Assembly (NCBI RefSeq): GCF_988243305.1
Contig: NZ_OZ547136.1
Direction: 5' to 3' (one strand)
DNA: 64,000 bases
In this document: piece by piece, positions 50,754 to 63,910 of the stretch
Position numbering within the stretch: the stretch's first letter is position 1
Layout: each line of letters begins with the position of its first letter
The notes under the pieces: model-generated
The model's input: the letters and a program-made list of their open reading frames with translations, nothing else
Databases searched by the model: none
What the model was told of the DNA's origin: nothing
Position numbers and translations under genes: made by a program

Positions 50754-51629
50754 ATGAGCGAAAAGCTACAGAAAGTGCTGGCGCGTGCCGGCCACGGTTC
50801 TCGCCGTGAAATCGAATCTATTATTGAAGCCGGTCGTGTGAGTGTTGATGGCAAAATTGCTAAACTCGGCGATCGTGTTGAAATTACCCCTGGATTGAAA
50901 ATCCGTATCGATGGTCACCTGATTTCGATACGTGAGTCCGCTGAACAAATTTGTCGCGTTCTGGCCTATTACAAACCGGAAGGTGAGTTGTGTACCCGTA
51001 ACGATCCGGAAGGACGGCCAACGGTATTTGACCGTCTGCCAAAACTGCGTGGCGCACGCTGGATTGCCGTGGGTCGCCTGGACGTTAATACCTGTGGTCT
51101 GCTGCTGTTCACCACCGATGGTGAACTGGCAAACCGTTTAATGCACCCAAGCCGTGAAGTTGAACGTGAATATGCCGTGCGTGTATTTGGTCAGGTTGAC
51201 GACGCGAAACTGCGTGATTTGAGTCGTGGCGTGCAGTTGGAAGATGGTCCGGCAGCCTTTAAAACCATCAAGTTCAGCGGCGGCGAAGGGATCAACCAGT
51301 GGTACAACGTAACTCTGACCGAAGGCCGTAACCGTGAAGTTCGTCGTCTTTGGGAAGCGGTTGGTGTGCAGGTAAGCCGCCTGATCCGTGTTCGTTACGG
51401 TGATATCCCACTGCCAAAAGGTCTGCCACGCGGTGGCTGGACGGAGCTGGACCTCGCTCAGACTAACTATCTGCGTGAACTGGTGGAACTGCCACCAGAA
51501 ACCAGCTCTAAAGTCGCTGTAGAAAAAGACCGTCGTCGCATGAAGGCGAATCAGATTCGTCGAGCGGTGAAACGTCATAGCCAGGTGAGCGGTGGTCGCC
51601 GTTCTGGCGGACGTAATAATAACGGTTAA
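50754..51629 (+). CDS. rluB: 23S rRNA pseudouridine synthase B
   Basis: 291 aa; S4 domain then RsuA-type pseudouridine synthase core; Arg/Gly-rich C-terminus. Confidence 0.92.
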   Translation: MSEKLQKVLARAGHGSRREIESIIEAGRVSVDGKIAKLGDRVEITPGLKIRIDGHLISIRESAEQICRVLAYYKPEGELCTRNDPEGRPTVFDRLPKLRGARWIAVGRLDVNTCGLLLFTTDGELANRLMHPSREVEREYAVRVFGQVDDAKLRDLSRGVQLEDGPAAFKTIKFSGGEGINQWYNVTLTEGRNREVRRLWEAVGVQVSRLIRVRYGDIPLPKGLPRGGWTELDLAQTNYLRELVELPPETSSKVAVEKDRRRMKANQIRRAVKRHSQVSGGRRSGGRNNNG

Positions 51630-51649
51630 TTTAAGTTAAGTATAAAATA

Positions 51650-51672
51650 AAGGCCCTGCGGGGCCTTTTCTT
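51650..51672 (+). terminator. Rho-independent terminator after rluB
   Basis: AAAGGCCC-TGCG-GGGCCTTTT followed by T-rich tract. Confidence 0.7.
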
Positions 51673-51798
51673 CATTTGAAGTATGATAAATAGTCGCAGT
51701 ATTTTAATTTAATTTCATACTTGCTTATGAATATTACCAGGAAATAGCCACATTACTATTTAATTATCTGAGATAAACTCAACGTCAAGAGGTGGGTT

Positions 51799-52800
51799 AT
51801 GATTAGATATAGTGGAATATTTCTATCGCTGTTAATGCTTTCAGGTTGTGCAACTGAAGCATTGAAAAACGAACAAGCTGAAACTGTTATTACTGCGGGT
51901 AACAAAGCAGTAGCGGCGAATGCAAGTTTCTTTAAACAATACTATGCTTCTCGTGAAAACTTCCTTGTTAATTTTTATGCGACTAATCCGGATTGTGCAT
52001 TGCGACCTGATTATACCATTGATATAGGCGGTGATGGGAATGGCGGAAAATTATGCCAGCGTTCAGGGCCAAATACAAAACAAGTACAATTAGTCCCTTT
52101 CGAGAAAGAAAAATTACTGGCTTCAATGGAAGTCATTAATAGCATGAGCGCTTATGTGGAACTTCTGACAAAGGATATGGCAACTACGGAAAGTCAGCAA
52201 GTGGCATTACTTAAACAGGCTCTGGATCACGCAAACAACGCACAAACACTACTTGGTGTTTCACATAGCAAAGATTTAGCTCAATCTGCAGCAGCGGTTA
52301 AAGATTTGGTAAATTATTTCAATGAGTTATATATAATTAAAGTCAATTCTGGAAAAATAGGCAAAACGGCAGATGAAAACTGGGTAAGACTTATAAAGAA
52401 CATGGCGGTTTTGCGCAATGATATTTATACAAAAAGCAATAAGATTGAAAATTATACCTTTGCGAATGTGCATGATAATATGTTTTATTATAATACGGCA
52501 TCTAAAAACTCTAAGAATACAGAGTTTAACACTCTGAAAAACAGGAAGGAGTTTCTAAGTTCAGTAATCAATGTGAATGAAACCAGACTACAGGCATCGG
52601 CACCTGCCATGCCTGCGATTGAGGCTTTAAATGCCTTTATAGATAAGGGTGATTATCTAAAAAGCTTATACGTTAATAAAACACGCACGGCAGCTGAACA
52701 AAAAAGATTAAATGAAATATTACGCGCACAGGTCATTAGTGGGTTAAAGGCGTCTGAGGGGCTGGCAAAATTACTTATTGCCAGCGGAATAATGTTATAG
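51799..52800 (+). CDS. Hypothetical lipoprotein (333 aa), AT-rich accessory gene
   Basis: Signal peptide with lipobox LSGC; Asn/Lys-rich; about 35% GC by eye; no recognisable domain. Confidence 0.6.
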   Translation: MIRYSGIFLSLLMLSGCATEALKNEQAETVITAGNKAVAANASFFKQYYASRENFLVNFYATNPDCALRPDYTIDIGGDGNGGKLCQRSGPNTKQVQLVPFEKEKLLASMEVINSMSAYVELLTKDMATTESQQVALLKQALDHANNAQTLLGVSHSKDLAQSAAAVKDLVNYFNELYIIKVNSGKIGKTADENWVRLIKNMAVLRNDIYTKSNKIENYTFANVHDNMFYYNTASKNSKNTEFNTLKNRKEFLSSVINVNETRLQASAPAMPAIEALNAFIDKGDYLKSLYVNKTRTAAEQKRLNEILRAQVISGLKASEGLAKLLIASGIML

Positions 52801-52810
52801 GAGGCTTTTT

Positions 52811-53119
52811 ATGAACGATGTGCAAAACCGTAGAATACTGGCATTACTTGATATGCTGTATAATACTTTGGGTAATAAAACCACATGTAATGTTTGTCAT
52901 AAATATTTTATCCATATCCTCACAGTTATGAACAACCTGACGATTAACTATGGTACTGAAACTTCGCCAGAGTTAGCCGGGATAAATTATGACGATGCTA
53001 ATGCGTTAATTACTGAACTGATATTATTTATTGAAGATGTTGACGCTGAGAATCATGAAGCATATCCGGGACATTTGAATGAGATTACACGTATTCTGAA
53101 TTTCGCTATTGCCGCTTGA
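52811..53119 (+). CDS. Hypothetical small protein (102 aa), co-transcribed with the upstream lipoprotein gene
   Basis: Strong RBS AGGAGG 7 nt upstream; 10-nt spacing from the upstream stop; acidic C-terminal half. Confidence 0.55.
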   Translation: MNDVQNRRILALLDMLYNTLGNKTTCNVCHKYFIHILTVMNNLTINYGTETSPELAGINYDDANALITELILFIEDVDAENHEAYPGHLNEITRILNFAIAA

Positions 53120-53134
53120 ATATAATCATGATTA

Positions 53135-53168
53135 AAGCACCTCAAGAGGCTTCTTTTGAGGTGCTTTC
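53135..53168. terminator. Bidirectional terminator hairpin between the islet and btuR
   Basis: AGCACCTCAAGAGGCTTCTTTTGAGGTGCT inverted repeat. Confidence 0.65.
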
Positions 53169-53170
53169 AC

Positions 53171-53761
53171 TTAGTAGTCAATCCCTATCTGCGCTTTTAC
53201 ACCGGCATCAAACGCATGTTTCACGGGGCGTAATTCACTTACCGTATCCGCCAGTTCAAGTATATCCCGATGACAACCACGACCCGTAATAATGACGGTT
53301 TGCTGATGTGGACGTTCATTTAACGCCTTCACCACTTCTTCCAGTGGCAAATAATCATACGCCACCATATAAGTCAGCTCATCGAGCAAAACCATATCCA
53401 GTGAAGGATCGGCCAGCATTCGTTTGGCATGTTGCCAGACTTCACGGCAGGCCGCGGTATCAGATTCGCGATTTTGTGTATCCCAGGTAAAGCCCGTTGC
53501 CATCACCTGAAACTCAACGCCATGTGGCTCCAGTAGATTGCGCTCGCCATTAGGCCAGGTGCCTTTAATAAACTGCACGATACCCACTTTTTTGCCATGG
53601 CCTACTGCACGAGTTGCCGTACCAAATGCCGCGGTGGTTTTGCCTTTTCCATTGCCGGTAAAAACGATGATAATACCGCGTTCATCCTGGGCCTGGGCCA
53701 CACGAGCATCGACTTTTTCTTTCACTCGCTGCTGACGCTGTTGGTAGCGTTCATCACTCAT
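53171..53761 (-). CDS. btuR: Cob(I)alamin adenosyltransferase
   Basis: 196 aa; P-loop GNGKGKTT. Confidence 0.92.
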   Translation of the reverse strand: MSDERYQQRQQRVKEKVDARVAQAQDERGIIIVFTGNGKGKTTAAFGTATRAVGHGKKVGIVQFIKGTWPNGERNLLEPHGVEFQVMATGFTWDTQNRESDTAACREVWQHAKRMLADPSLDMVLLDELTYMVAYDYLPLEEVVKALNERPHQQTVIITGRGCHRDILELADTVSELRPVKHAFDAGVKAQIGIDY

Positions 53762-54516
53762 TGGGAAATTCCTGGTTTACGGCCCGGTTGGGCGTCAAAG
53801 GTCATGCCGGTTTTACGGCGGCTGTCATCGCCCATCAGCCAGAGGTAGAGCGGCATGATATCAGCGGGTGTTTTAAGTTTCTGTGGATCTTCGGTCGGGA
53901 ATGCACTGGCCCGCATTGCGGTGCGCGTACCGCCTGGGTTAATACAGTTGACGCGCAGACGCTGCTGATATTCATCAGCCAGTACCTGCATCATCCCTTC
54001 GGTGGCAAATTTCGACGCTGCATATGCGCCCCAGTTTGCACGCCCCTGACGTCCAACGCTTGATGAAGTAAAGACCAGAGAACCGGCGTCCGATTTGAGT
54101 AATAAAGGAAGCAGTGCCTGGGTGAGCATAAAGGTAGCATTAACGTTGACCTGCATGACGTCCTGCCAGACCTGCGGATTTTGTTCGCTCATTGGGCAAA
54201 CATCGCCGAGCAATCCGGCATTATGCAAAACACCATCCAGACGTGGATAATTAACGGCAATGCGCTGTGCCAGTTGTTGGCAATCTTCGGACGTGCAGGT
54301 CAGCAAATCGAGAATAAACCACTGTGGCTGACGTCCAGTTTCTTCGTTTATGTGGCTGGCTACCTGACGTAATTTTTCTTCATTACGGCCCAACAGAATC
54401 ACTGTCGCACCATAGCGTGCATACGTCATCGCGGCTTCACGGCCAATACCATCGCTGGCTCCCGTCACCAGGATAATGCGATCATTGAGTAAATCTTGTT
54501 TTGGCTGGTAATGCAT
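53758..54516 (-). CDS. yciK: SDR-family oxidoreductase YciK
   Basis: 252 aa; TGASDGIG Rossmann motif and YxxxK active site. Confidence 0.9.
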   Translation of the reverse strand: MHYQPKQDLLNDRIILVTGASDGIGREAAMTYARYGATVILLGRNEEKLRQVASHINEETGRQPQWFILDLLTCTSEDCQQLAQRIAVNYPRLDGVLHNAGLLGDVCPMSEQNPQVWQDVMQVNVNATFMLTQALLPLLLKSDAGSLVFTSSSVGRQGRANWGAYAASKFATEGMMQVLADEYQQRLRVNCINPGGTRTAMRASAFPTEDPQKLKTPADIMPLYLWLMGDDSRRKTGMTFDAQPGRKPGISQ

Positions 54517-54735
54517 GGCTACTCCTCAACGACGTTGTCTGTCGCGCTGCCAGTGTACTTTATGACTTTGGGGCTTTATGCCTGAAACAGAAGGGCATTT
54601 CAATCAGCCTGGGGCGATAACACCGCAAAATGGATACTTTGTCATACTTTCGCTGCAATAACATCTCTGCGAGACGGCTTAACATGCCTGTTGTAAACTG
54701 TGAGCCAAAGCGTTGTTTAACCAAGGTGGGGACTC

Positions 54736-55785
54736 GTGGAATTGTTGTCTGAATATGGTTTGTTTTTGGCGAAAATCGTTACCGTTGTGCTAGCGATTGC
54801 GGCGATTGCCGCCATTATTGTCAATGTTGCTCAACGTAATAAACGCCAGCGTGGCGAGTTACGGGTCAACAATATCAGCGAACAGTATAAGGAGATGAAA
54901 GAAGAACTGGCTGCGGCGCTGATGGACACTCATCAGCAAAAACAGTGGCACAAAACGCAGAAGAAAAAGCACAAACAAGAAGCGAAAGCAGCAAAAGCGA
55001 AAGCCAAACTGGGCGAGGTGGCAACTGACAGTAAACCTCGCGTCTGGGTGCTGGATTTTAAAGGCAGCATGGACGCCCATGAAGTGAACTCGCTACGTGA
55101 AGAGATAACGGCGGTACTCGCAGCATTTAAACCGCAGGATCAGGTTGTGCTACGTCTGGAAAGCCCAGGTGGCATGGTGCATGGTTACGGGCTGGCGGCT
55201 TCGCAGCTGCAGCGTCTGCGTGATAAAAACATTCCTTTAACTGTTACGGTAGACAAAGTTGCTGCCAGTGGCGGTTACATGATGGCCTGTGTGGCAGACA
55301 AAATTGTTTCCGCACCATTTGCTATTGTGGGTTCCATTGGGGTGGTGGCGCAAATGCCCAACTTTAACCGCTTCCTGAAAAGTAAAGATATTGATATCGA
55401 ACTGCACACCGCCGGGCAGTATAAGCGCACGCTGACGTTACTGGGGGAAAATACCGAAGAAGGGCGGGAGAAATTCCGCGAAGAGCTGAACGAAACGCAT
55501 CAGTTATTTAAAGATTTTGTGAAGCGTATGCGTCCGTCTCTGGATATTGATCAGGTGGCAACGGGTGAACACTGGTACGGACAACAGGCGGTAGAGAAAG
55601 GCCTGGTTGATGAAATCAACACCAGTGATGAAGTTATTCTTAGCCTGATGGAAGGCCGTGAAGTGGTCAGTGTACGCTATATGCAGCGTAAACGACTCAT
55701 TGACCGATTCACCGGCAGCGCGGCAGAGAGCGCCGATCGATTGTTGCTACGCTGGTGGCAGCGGGGTCAAAAGCCATTGATGTAA
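54736..55785 (+). CDS. sohB: Inner membrane S49-family peptidase SohB
   Basis: 349 aa; N-terminal TM segment and ClpP/SppA-like serine peptidase core. Confidence 0.9.
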   Translation: MELLSEYGLFLAKIVTVVLAIAAIAAIIVNVAQRNKRQRGELRVNNISEQYKEMKEELAAALMDTHQQKQWHKTQKKKHKQEAKAAKAKAKLGEVATDSKPRVWVLDFKGSMDAHEVNSLREEITAVLAAFKPQDQVVLRLESPGGMVHGYGLAASQLQRLRDKNIPLTVTVDKVAASGGYMMACVADKIVSAPFAIVGSIGVVAQMPNFNRFLKSKDIDIELHTAGQYKRTLTLLGENTEEGREKFREELNETHQLFKDFVKRMRPSLDIDQVATGEHWYGQQAVEKGLVDEINTSDEVILSLMEGREVVSVRYMQRKRLIDRFTGSAAESADRLLLRWWQRGQKPLM

Positions 55786-55820
55786 AAGACAAACGCGAGG
55801 GTAAGACCTCGCGTTTTGCT

Positions 55821-56072
55821 TTAATCAACCAGGTGATATTTTTCTGAAAGCACATGGGCCAGGTGTTTGAACATATTAAACACCGCGGTGCTTTTGGCTG
55901 TTGGCAATCCTTGTTCATCTAAAAAGTAGTCGCCGGTAAATACCAGCACGCCATTACGCTGCGTGACGCCGGTGGCTTCAATCCCTGCGAGCGTATCCTC
56001 ATGCTCACGAATGATTTTGTTGGCCTCTTTCAACAGCGTCTCGCGGTCGATGGGTTGTGTCTCTTTGTTCAT
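55821..56072 (-). CDS. yciN: Small protein YciN
   Basis: 83 aa; conserved position upstream of topA. Confidence 0.85.
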
Positions 56073-56451
56073 TATTTACTCCTTAAACAAGGACATTAGT
56101 CTACGCCAGGCATGGGTTGCAGACAAATATACCACGCTGGTGGCAAGAGCGCCTTACTGGCAACTTTGGATTTTGCATGCTAATAAAGTTGCGTATCGGA
56201 TTTTATCAGGTACAGTGTGACGCTTTCGTCAATCTGGCAATAGATTTGCTTGACATTCGACCAAAATTCCGTCGTGCTATAGCGCCTGTAGGCCAAGACC
56301 TGTTAACTCAGTCACCTGAATTTTCGTGAACAGAGTCACGACAAGGGGTTGATATCCGCAGAGAGCGAGTCCATATCGGTAACTCGTTGCCAGTGGAAGG
56401 TTTATCAACGTGCGACGCATTCCTGGAAGAATCAAATTAGGTAAGGTGAAT

Positions 56452-59049
56452 ATGGGTAAAGCTCTTGTCATCGTTGAGTCCCCGGCAAAAGCCAAAACGA
56501 TCAACAAGTATCTGGGTAGTGACTACGTGGTGAAATCCAGCGTCGGTCACATCCGCGATTTGCCGACCAGTGGCTCAGCTGCCAAAAAGAGTGCCGACTC
56601 TACCTCCACCAAGACGGCTAAAAAGCCTAAAAAGGATGAACGTGGCGCTCTCGTCAACCGTATGGGGGTTGACCCGTGGCACAATTGGGAGGCGCACTAT
56701 GAAGTGTTGCCTGGTAAAGAGAAGGTCGTCTCTGAACTGAAACAACTGGCTGAAAAAGCCGACCACATCTATCTCGCAACCGACCTTGACCGCGAAGGGG
56801 AAGCCATTGCATGGCACCTGCGGGAAGTGATTGGTGGTGATGATGCGCGCTATAGCCGAGTGGTGTTTAACGAAATTACTAAAAACGCGATCCGCCAGGC
56901 ATTTAACAAACCAGGTGAGCTGAATATTGATCGTGTTAATGCCCAGCAGGCGCGTCGCTTTATGGACCGCGTGGTGGGGTATATGGTTTCGCCGCTGCTG
57001 TGGAAAAAGATCGCTCGTGGTCTGTCTGCAGGTCGTGTTCAGTCGGTGGCGGTTCGACTGGTGGTCGAGCGTGAGCGTGAAATTAAAGCGTTCGTACCGG
57101 AAGAGTTCTGGGAAGTCGATGCCAGCACAACCACGCCATCTGGTGATGCGTTGGCGTTGCAGGTGACTCATCAGAACGACAAACCGTTCCGCCCGGTCAA
57201 CAAAGAACAAACTCAGGCTGCGGTAAGTCTGCTGGAAAAAGCGCGCTACAGCGTGCTGGAACGTGAAGACAAACCGACAACCAGTAAACCTGGCGCTCCT
57301 TTTATTACCTCTACGCTGCAACAAGCTGCCAGCACCCGTCTTGGATTTGGCGTGAAAAAAACCATGATGATGGCGCAGCGTTTGTATGAAGCAGGCTATA
57401 TCACTTACATGCGTACCGACTCCACTAACCTGAGTCAGGACGCGGTAAATATGGTTCGCGGTTATATCAGCGATAATTTTGGTAAGAAATATCTGCCGGA
57501 AAGTCCGAATCAGTACGCCAGCAAAGAAAACTCACAGGAAGCGCACGAAGCGATTCGTCCTTCTGACGTCAATGTGATGGCGGAATCGCTGAAGGATATG
57601 GAAGCAGATGCGCAGAAACTGTACCAGTTAATCTGGCGTCAGTTCGTTGCCTGCCAGATGACCCCAGCGAAATATGACTCCACGACGCTGACCGTTGGTG
57701 CGGGCGATTTCCGCCTGAAAGCACGCGGTCGTATTTTGCGCTTTGATGGCTGGACAAAAGTGATGCCTGCACTGCGTAAAGGCGATGAAGATCGTATCTT
57801 ACCGGCAGTCGATAAAGGCGATGCTCTGACGCTCGTTGAACTGACACCAGCCCAGCACTTTACTAAGCCGCCAGCCCGTTTCAGTGAAGCATCGCTGGTT
57901 AAAGAACTGGAAAAACGTGGTATCGGTCGTCCGTCGACCTATGCGTCGATCATTTCGACCATTCAGGATCGTGGCTATGTGCGAGTAGAAAATCGTCGTT
58001 TCTATGCGGAAAAAATGGGCGAAATCGTCACCGATCGCCTGGAAGAGAATTTCTGCGAGTTAATGAACTACGATTTCACCGCGCAGATGGAAAACAGCCT
58101 CGACCAGGTGGCAAATCACGAAGCAGAGTGGAAAGCTGTACTGGATCACTTCTTCTCGGATTTCACCCAGCAGTTAGATAAAGCTGAAAAAGATCCGGAA
58201 GAGGGTGGTATGCGCCCGAACCAGATGGTTCTGACCAGCATTGACTGCCCGACTTGTGGTCGCAAAATGGGGATTCGCACAGCGAGCACCGGGGTATTCC
58301 TTGGCTGTTCTGGTTATGCGCTGCCGCCAAAAGAGCGTTGCAAAACCACCATTAACCTGGTGCCGGAAAACGAAGTGCTGAACGTGCTGGAAGGCGAAGA
58401 TGCTGAAACCAACGCGCTGCGCGCAAAACGTCGTTGCCCGAAATGCGGCACGGCGATGGACAGCTATCTCATCGATCCGAAACGTAAGTTGCATGTCTGT
58501 GGTAATAACCCAACCTGCGACGGTTACGAGATCGAAGAGGGCGAATTCCGCATTAAAGGTTATGACGGCCCGATCGTTGAGTGTGAAAAATGTGGCTCTG
58601 AAATGCACCTGAAAATGGGGCGTTTCGGTAAATACATGGCCTGCACCAACGAAGAGTGTAAAAACACACGTAAGATTTTACGTAACGGCGAAGTGGCACC
58701 ACCGAAAGAAGATCCGGTGCCATTACCTGAGCTGCCGTGCGAAAAATCAGATGCTTATTTCGTGCTGCGTGACGGCGCTGCGGGTGTTTTCCTGGCTGCC
58801 AACACTTTCCCGAAATCGCGTGAAACGCGTGCGCCGCTGGTGGAAGAGCTGTATCGCTTCCGCGACCGTCTGCCGGAAAAACTGCGTTATCTGGCCGATG
58901 CGCCACAGCAGGATCCGGAAGGTAATAAGACCATGGTTCGCTTTAGCCGTAAAACCAAACAGCAATATGTCTCTTCGGAAAAAGACGGAAAGGCGACTGG
59001 CTGGTCAGCATTTTATGTTGATGGCAAATGGGTTGAAGGGAAAAAATAA
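56452..59049 (+). CDS. topA: DNA topoisomerase I
   Basis: 865 aa from [22 protein letters not shown]; Toprim domain and C-terminal zinc ribbons. Confidence 0.98.
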   Translation: MGKALVIVESPAKAKTINKYLGSDYVVKSSVGHIRDLPTSGSAAKKSADSTSTKTAKKPKKDERGALVNRMGVDPWHNWEAHYEVLPGKEKVVSELKQLAEKADHIYLATDLDREGEAIAWHLREVIGGDDARYSRVVFNEITKNAIRQAFNKPGELNIDRVNAQQARRFMDRVVGYMVSPLLWKKIARGLSAGRVQSVAVRLVVEREREIKAFVPEEFWEVDASTTTPSGDALALQVTHQNDKPFRPVNKEQTQAAVSLLEKARYSVLEREDKPTTSKPGAPFITSTLQQAASTRLGFGVKKTMMMAQRLYEAGYITYMRTDSTNLSQDAVNMVRGYISDNFGKKYLPESPNQYASKENSQEAHEAIRPSDVNVMAESLKDMEADAQKLYQLIWRQFVACQMTPAKYDSTTLTVGAGDFRLKARGRILRFDGWTKVMPALRKGDEDRILPAVDKGDALTLVELTPAQHFTKPPARFSEASLVKELEKRGIGRPSTYASIISTIQDRGYVRVENRRFYAEKMGEIVTDRLEENFCELMNYDFTAQMENSLDQVANHEAEWKAVLDHFFSDFTQQLDKAEKDPEEGGMRPNQMVLTSIDCPTCGRKMGIRTASTGVFLGCSGYALPPKERCKTTINLVPENEVLNVLEGEDAETNALRAKRRCPKCGTAMDSYLIDPKRKLHVCGNNPTCDGYEIEEGEFRIKGYDGPIVECEKCGSEMHLKMGRFGKYMACTNEECKNTRKILRNGEVAPPKEDPVPLPELPCEKSDAYFVLRDGAAGVFLAANTFPKSRETRAPLVEELYRFRDRLPEKLRYLADAPQQDPEGNKTMVRFSRKTKQQYVSSEKDGKATGWSAFYVDGKWVEGKK

Positions 59050-59234
59050 CCTTTAATTCTGTCAGGTTTTTATAAACAAAGGGTCGCGAAAGCGGCCCTT
59101 TTTTATTGCATATTATTTTTTCTTCACACCTATACACTAAGGCTATAAATGATATAGTGGTTATAGTTAGCACCTTTTTTATTATTAAATCGTATTAGTC
59201 ACCCGCCAGGTGTGACGAAAAAACGATGTTCTGA

Positions 59235-60233
<999 letters not shown>

Positions 60234-60551
60234 TTTCTTGCGTTATTTTCGGCACCTTTTATGTAGCGAAGGTGCCGGAATATATTCTCTTTTGTTGCTT
60301 ATTTGTATACCGTGCACAATATTTTTATCCCTCATATTTATAGGGTAAATTACCTGTAAAGTAGTGTCTAATTACCCGCCTCGCAAACTCGAGTTTTCAA
60401 ATATCTATTTCAGGTCAAAAGATTGAATTATTCACTGGAGACGATTCGTAAATTCGCTGGATTTTTGACTAAAGTTTCTTTAGGATTTGTCTCATCGTAT
60501 GATTAATTACACCAATCGTTCAACGTCTTGCTGATAAGTGATGGCGATTAT

Positions 60552-60692
60552 ATGAGGTTAGCAATGCCTTCTGGAAATCAGGAACCCCGCCGCGATCCTG
60601 AATTAAAACGTAAAGCCTGGCTGGCGGTTTTTCTTGGTTCTGCACTTTTCTGGGTGGTTGTCGCACTGCTGATTTGGAAAGTGTGGGGATAA
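60552..60692 (+). CDS. ymiA: Small membrane protein YmiA
   Basis: 46 aa, single TM segment; conserved position. Confidence 0.6.
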   Translation: MRLAMPSGNQEPRRDPELKRKAWLAVFLGSALFWVVVALLIWKVWG

Positions 60693-60694
60693 CT

Positions 60695-60862
60695 ATGGTC
60701 GGTCAGGAGCAACTGGAGTCGTCACCATTATGCCAGCATAGTGACAATGAAACAGAAACGAAACGGGAATGTTCCGTCGTTATTCCAGACGACTGGCAAC
60801 TAACATCGCAGCAGCAAGCCTTTATAGAACTGTTTGCTGAAGATGATCAGCCGAAACAATAA
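60695..60862 (+). CDS. yciX: Small protein YciX
   Basis: 55 aa, acidic; start 3 nt after the ymiA stop. Confidence 0.6.
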   Translation: MVGQEQLESSPLCQHSDNETETKRECSVVIPDDWQLTSQQQAFIELFAEDDQPKQ

Positions 60863-61234
60863 TTATCATCATTCTTATTACCCATTTTTAATGAATTACA
60901 GGGCTTTTAATACACCGCAGCAATAACAGGTTGAGTTATCTCAACACAAAGTAATAACCGTTAAAGGTGTAGCCTATGATCAACACAAATATGAAATATT
61001 GGTCCTGGATGGGTGCATTTTCTCTGTCGATGCTCTTCTGGGCCGAACTCCTCTGGATCATTACTCACTGATCCCTGACCCCGCTGCGGCGGGGTTTTCA
61101 TTTGCTTTGCCACAAGGTTTCTCCTCTTTTATCAATTTGGGTTGTTATCAAATCGTTACGCGATGTTTGTGTTATCTTTAATATTCACCCTGAAGAGAAT
61201 CAGGGCTTCGCAACCCTGTCATTAAGGAGGAGCT

Positions 61235-63910
61235 ATGTCGTCAACCCTACGAGAAGCCAGTAAGGACACGTTGCAGGCCAAAGATAAAACTTACCACTAC
61301 TACAGCCTGCCGCTTGCTGCCAAATCACTGGGCGATATCACCCGTTTGCCTAAGTCACTCAAAGTTTTGCTCGAAAACCTGCTGCGCTGGCAGGATGGTA
61401 ACTCGGTTACCGAAGAGGATATCTACGCGCTGGCGGGATGGCTGAAAAATGCCCATGCTGACCGTGAAATTGCCTACCGCCCGGCAAGGGTGCTGATGCA
61501 GGACTTTACCGGCGTACCTGCCGTTGTTGATCTGGCGGCAATGCGCGAAGCGGTTAAACGCCTCGGCGGCGATACTGCAAAGGTTAACCCGCTCTCACCG
61601 GTCGACCTGGTTATTGACCACTCGGTGACCGTCGATCGTTTTGGTGATGATGAGGCATTTGAAGAAAACGTGCGTCTGGAAATGGAGCGCAACCACGAAC
61701 GTTATGTGTTCCTGAAATGGGGAAAGCAGGCGTTCAGTCGTTTTAGCGTCGTGCCGCCAGGCACAGGCATTTGCCATCAGGTTAACCTCGAATATCTCGG
61801 CAAAGCAGTGTGGAGCGAATTGCAGGACGGTGAATGGATTGCTTATCCGGATACACTCGTTGGTACTGACTCGCACACCACCATGATCAACGGCCTTGGC
61901 GTGCTGGGGTGGGGCGTTGGTGGCATCGAAGCCGAAGCCGCAATGTTAGGCCAGCCGGTTTCCATGCTTATCCCGGACGTAGTAGGCTTTAAACTTACCG
62001 GAAAATTACGTGAAGGTATTACCGCCACAGACCTGGTTCTCACCGTTACCCAAATGCTGCGCAAACATGGCGTGGTGGGGAAATTCGTCGAATTTTATGG
62101 TGATGGGCTGGATTCACTACCGTTGGCGGATCGCGCCACCATTGCCAATATGTCGCCAGAATATGGTGCCACCTGTGGCTTCTTCCCAATCGATGCTGTC
62201 ACCCTCGATTACATGCGTTTAAGCGGGCGCAGTGAAGATCAGGTCGAGTTGGTCGAAAAATACGCCAAAGCGCAGGGCATGTGGCGTAACCCGGGCGATG
62301 AACCGATTTTTACCAGTACGTTAGAACTGGATATGAATGACGTTGAAGCGAGCCTGGCAGGGCCAAAACGCCCACAGGATCGCGTTGCACTGCCCGATGT
62401 ACCAAAAGCATTTGCCGCCAGTAACGAACTGGAAGTAAATGCCACGCATAAAGATCGCCAGCCGGTCGATTATGTTATGAACGGACATCAGTATCAGTTA
62501 CCTGATGGCGCTGTGGTCATTGCAGCGATAACGTCGTGCACCAATACCTCTAACCCAAGTGTGCTGATGGCCGCAGGCTTGCTGGCGAAAAAAGCCGTAA
62601 CTCTGGGCCTCAAGCGGCAACCGTGGGTCAAAGCGTCGCTGGCACCAGGCTCGAAAGTTGTTTCTGACTATCTGGCAAAAGCGAAATTGACACCGTATCT
62701 CGACGAACTGGGGTTTAACCTTGTGGGATATGGTTGTACCACCTGTATTGGTAACTCTGGGCCGCTGCCCGATCCTATCGAAACGGCAATCAAAAAAGGC
62801 GATTTAACCGTCGGTGCGGTGCTGTCCGGCAACCGTAACTTTGAAGGCCGTATCCATCCGCTGGTTAAAACTAACTGGCTGGCCTCGCCGCCGCTGGTGG
62901 TTGCCTATGCGCTGGCGGGAAATATGAATATTAACCTCGCTTCTGAGCCTATTGGTCACGATCGTAAAGGCGACCCGGTATATCTGAAAGATATCTGGCC
63001 CTCGGCACAAGAAATTGCCCGTGCGGTAGAACAAGTCTCCACAGAAATGTTCCGCAAAGAGTACGCAGAAGTTTTTGAAGGTACAGCAGAGTGGAAGGAA
63101 ATTAACGTCACACGATCCGATACCTACGGTTGGCAGGAGGATTCAACCTATATTCGCTTATCGCCTTTCTTTGATGAAATGCAGGCAACACCAGCACCTG
63201 TGGAAGATATTCACGGTGCGCGGATCCTCGCAATGCTGGGGGATTCAGTCACCACTGACCATATCTCTCCGGCGGGCAGTATTAAGCCTGACAGCCCAGC
63301 GGGTCGATATCTACAAGGCCGGGGTGTTGAGCGAAAAGACTTTAACTCCTACGGTTCGCGGCGTGGTAACCATGAAGTGATGATGCGCGGCACCTTCGCC
63401 AATATTCGCATCCGTAATGAAATGGTGCCTGGCGTTGAAGGGGGGATGACGCGGCATTTACCTGACAGCGACGTAGTCTCTATTTATGATGCTGCGATGC
63501 GCTATAAGCAGGAGCAAACGCCGCTGGCGGTGATTGCCGGGAAAGAGTATGGATCAGGCTCCAGCCGTGACTGGGCGGCAAAAGGTCCGCGTCTACTTGG
63601 CATTCGTGTGGTGATTGCCGAATCGTTTGAACGAATTCACCGCTCGAATTTAATTGGCATGGGCATCCTGCCGCTGGAATTTCCGCAAGGCGTAACGCGT
63701 AAAACGTTAGGGCTAACCGGGGAAGAGAAGATTGATATTGGCGATCTGCAAAACCTACAACCCGGCGCGACGGTTCCGGTGACGTTTACGTGCGCGGATG
63801 GTAGCCAGGAAGTCGTACCCTGCCGTTGTCGTATCGACACCGCGACGGAGTTGACCTACTACCAGAACGACGGCATTTTGCATTATGTCATTCGTAATAT
63901 GTTGAAGTAA
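61235..63910 (+). CDS. acnA: Aconitate hydratase A
   Basis: 891 aa; aconitase Fe-S cluster cysteines and C-terminal swivel domain. Confidence 0.98.
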   Translation: MSSTLREASKDTLQAKDKTYHYYSLPLAAKSLGDITRLPKSLKVLLENLLRWQDGNSVTEEDIYALAGWLKNAHADREIAYRPARVLMQDFTGVPAVVDLAAMREAVKRLGGDTAKVNPLSPVDLVIDHSVTVDRFGDDEAFEENVRLEMERNHERYVFLKWGKQAFSRFSVVPPGTGICHQVNLEYLGKAVWSELQDGEWIAYPDTLVGTDSHTTMINGLGVLGWGVGGIEAEAAMLGQPVSMLIPDVVGFKLTGKLREGITATDLVLTVTQMLRKHGVVGKFVEFYGDGLDSLPLADRATIANMSPEYGATCGFFPIDAVTLDYMRLSGRSEDQVELVEKYAKAQGMWRNPGDEPIFTSTLELDMNDVEASLAGPKRPQDRVALPDVPKAFAASNELEVNATHKDRQPVDYVMNGHQYQLPDGAVVIAAITSCTNTSNPSVLMAAGLLAKKAVTLGLKRQPWVKASLAPGSKVVSDYLAKAKLTPYLDELGFNLVGYGCTTCIGNSGPLPDPIETAIKKGDLTVGAVLSGNRNFEGRIHPLVKTNWLASPPLVVAYALAGNMNINLASEPIGHDRKGDPVYLKDIWPSAQEIARAVEQVSTEMFRKEYAEVFEGTAEWKEINVTRSDTYGWQEDSTYIRLSPFFDEMQATPAPVEDIHGARILAMLGDSVTTDHISPAGSIKPDSPAGRYLQGRGVERKDFNSYGSRRGNHEVMMRGTFANIRIRNEMVPGVEGGMTRHLPDSDVVSIYDAAMRYKQEQTPLAVIAGKEYGSGSSRDWAAKGPRLLGIRVVIAESFERIHRSNLIGMGILPLEFPQGVTRKTLGLTGEEKIDIGDLQNLQPGATVPVTFTCADGSQEVVPCRCRIDTATELTYYQNDGILHYVIRNMLK

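Noticed and set aside
56575-57324. 249-aa minus-strand ORF inside topA, and similar antisense ORFs within trpB, trpC, trpD, trpE and acnA
   Set aside because: Antisense to highly conserved core genes; no independent support.
60976-61071. 31-aa ORF (MINTNMKYWSWMGAFSLSMLFWAELLWIITH) upstream of acnA
   Set aside because: Plausible small membrane protein but too short to support from sequence alone; not called as a feature.
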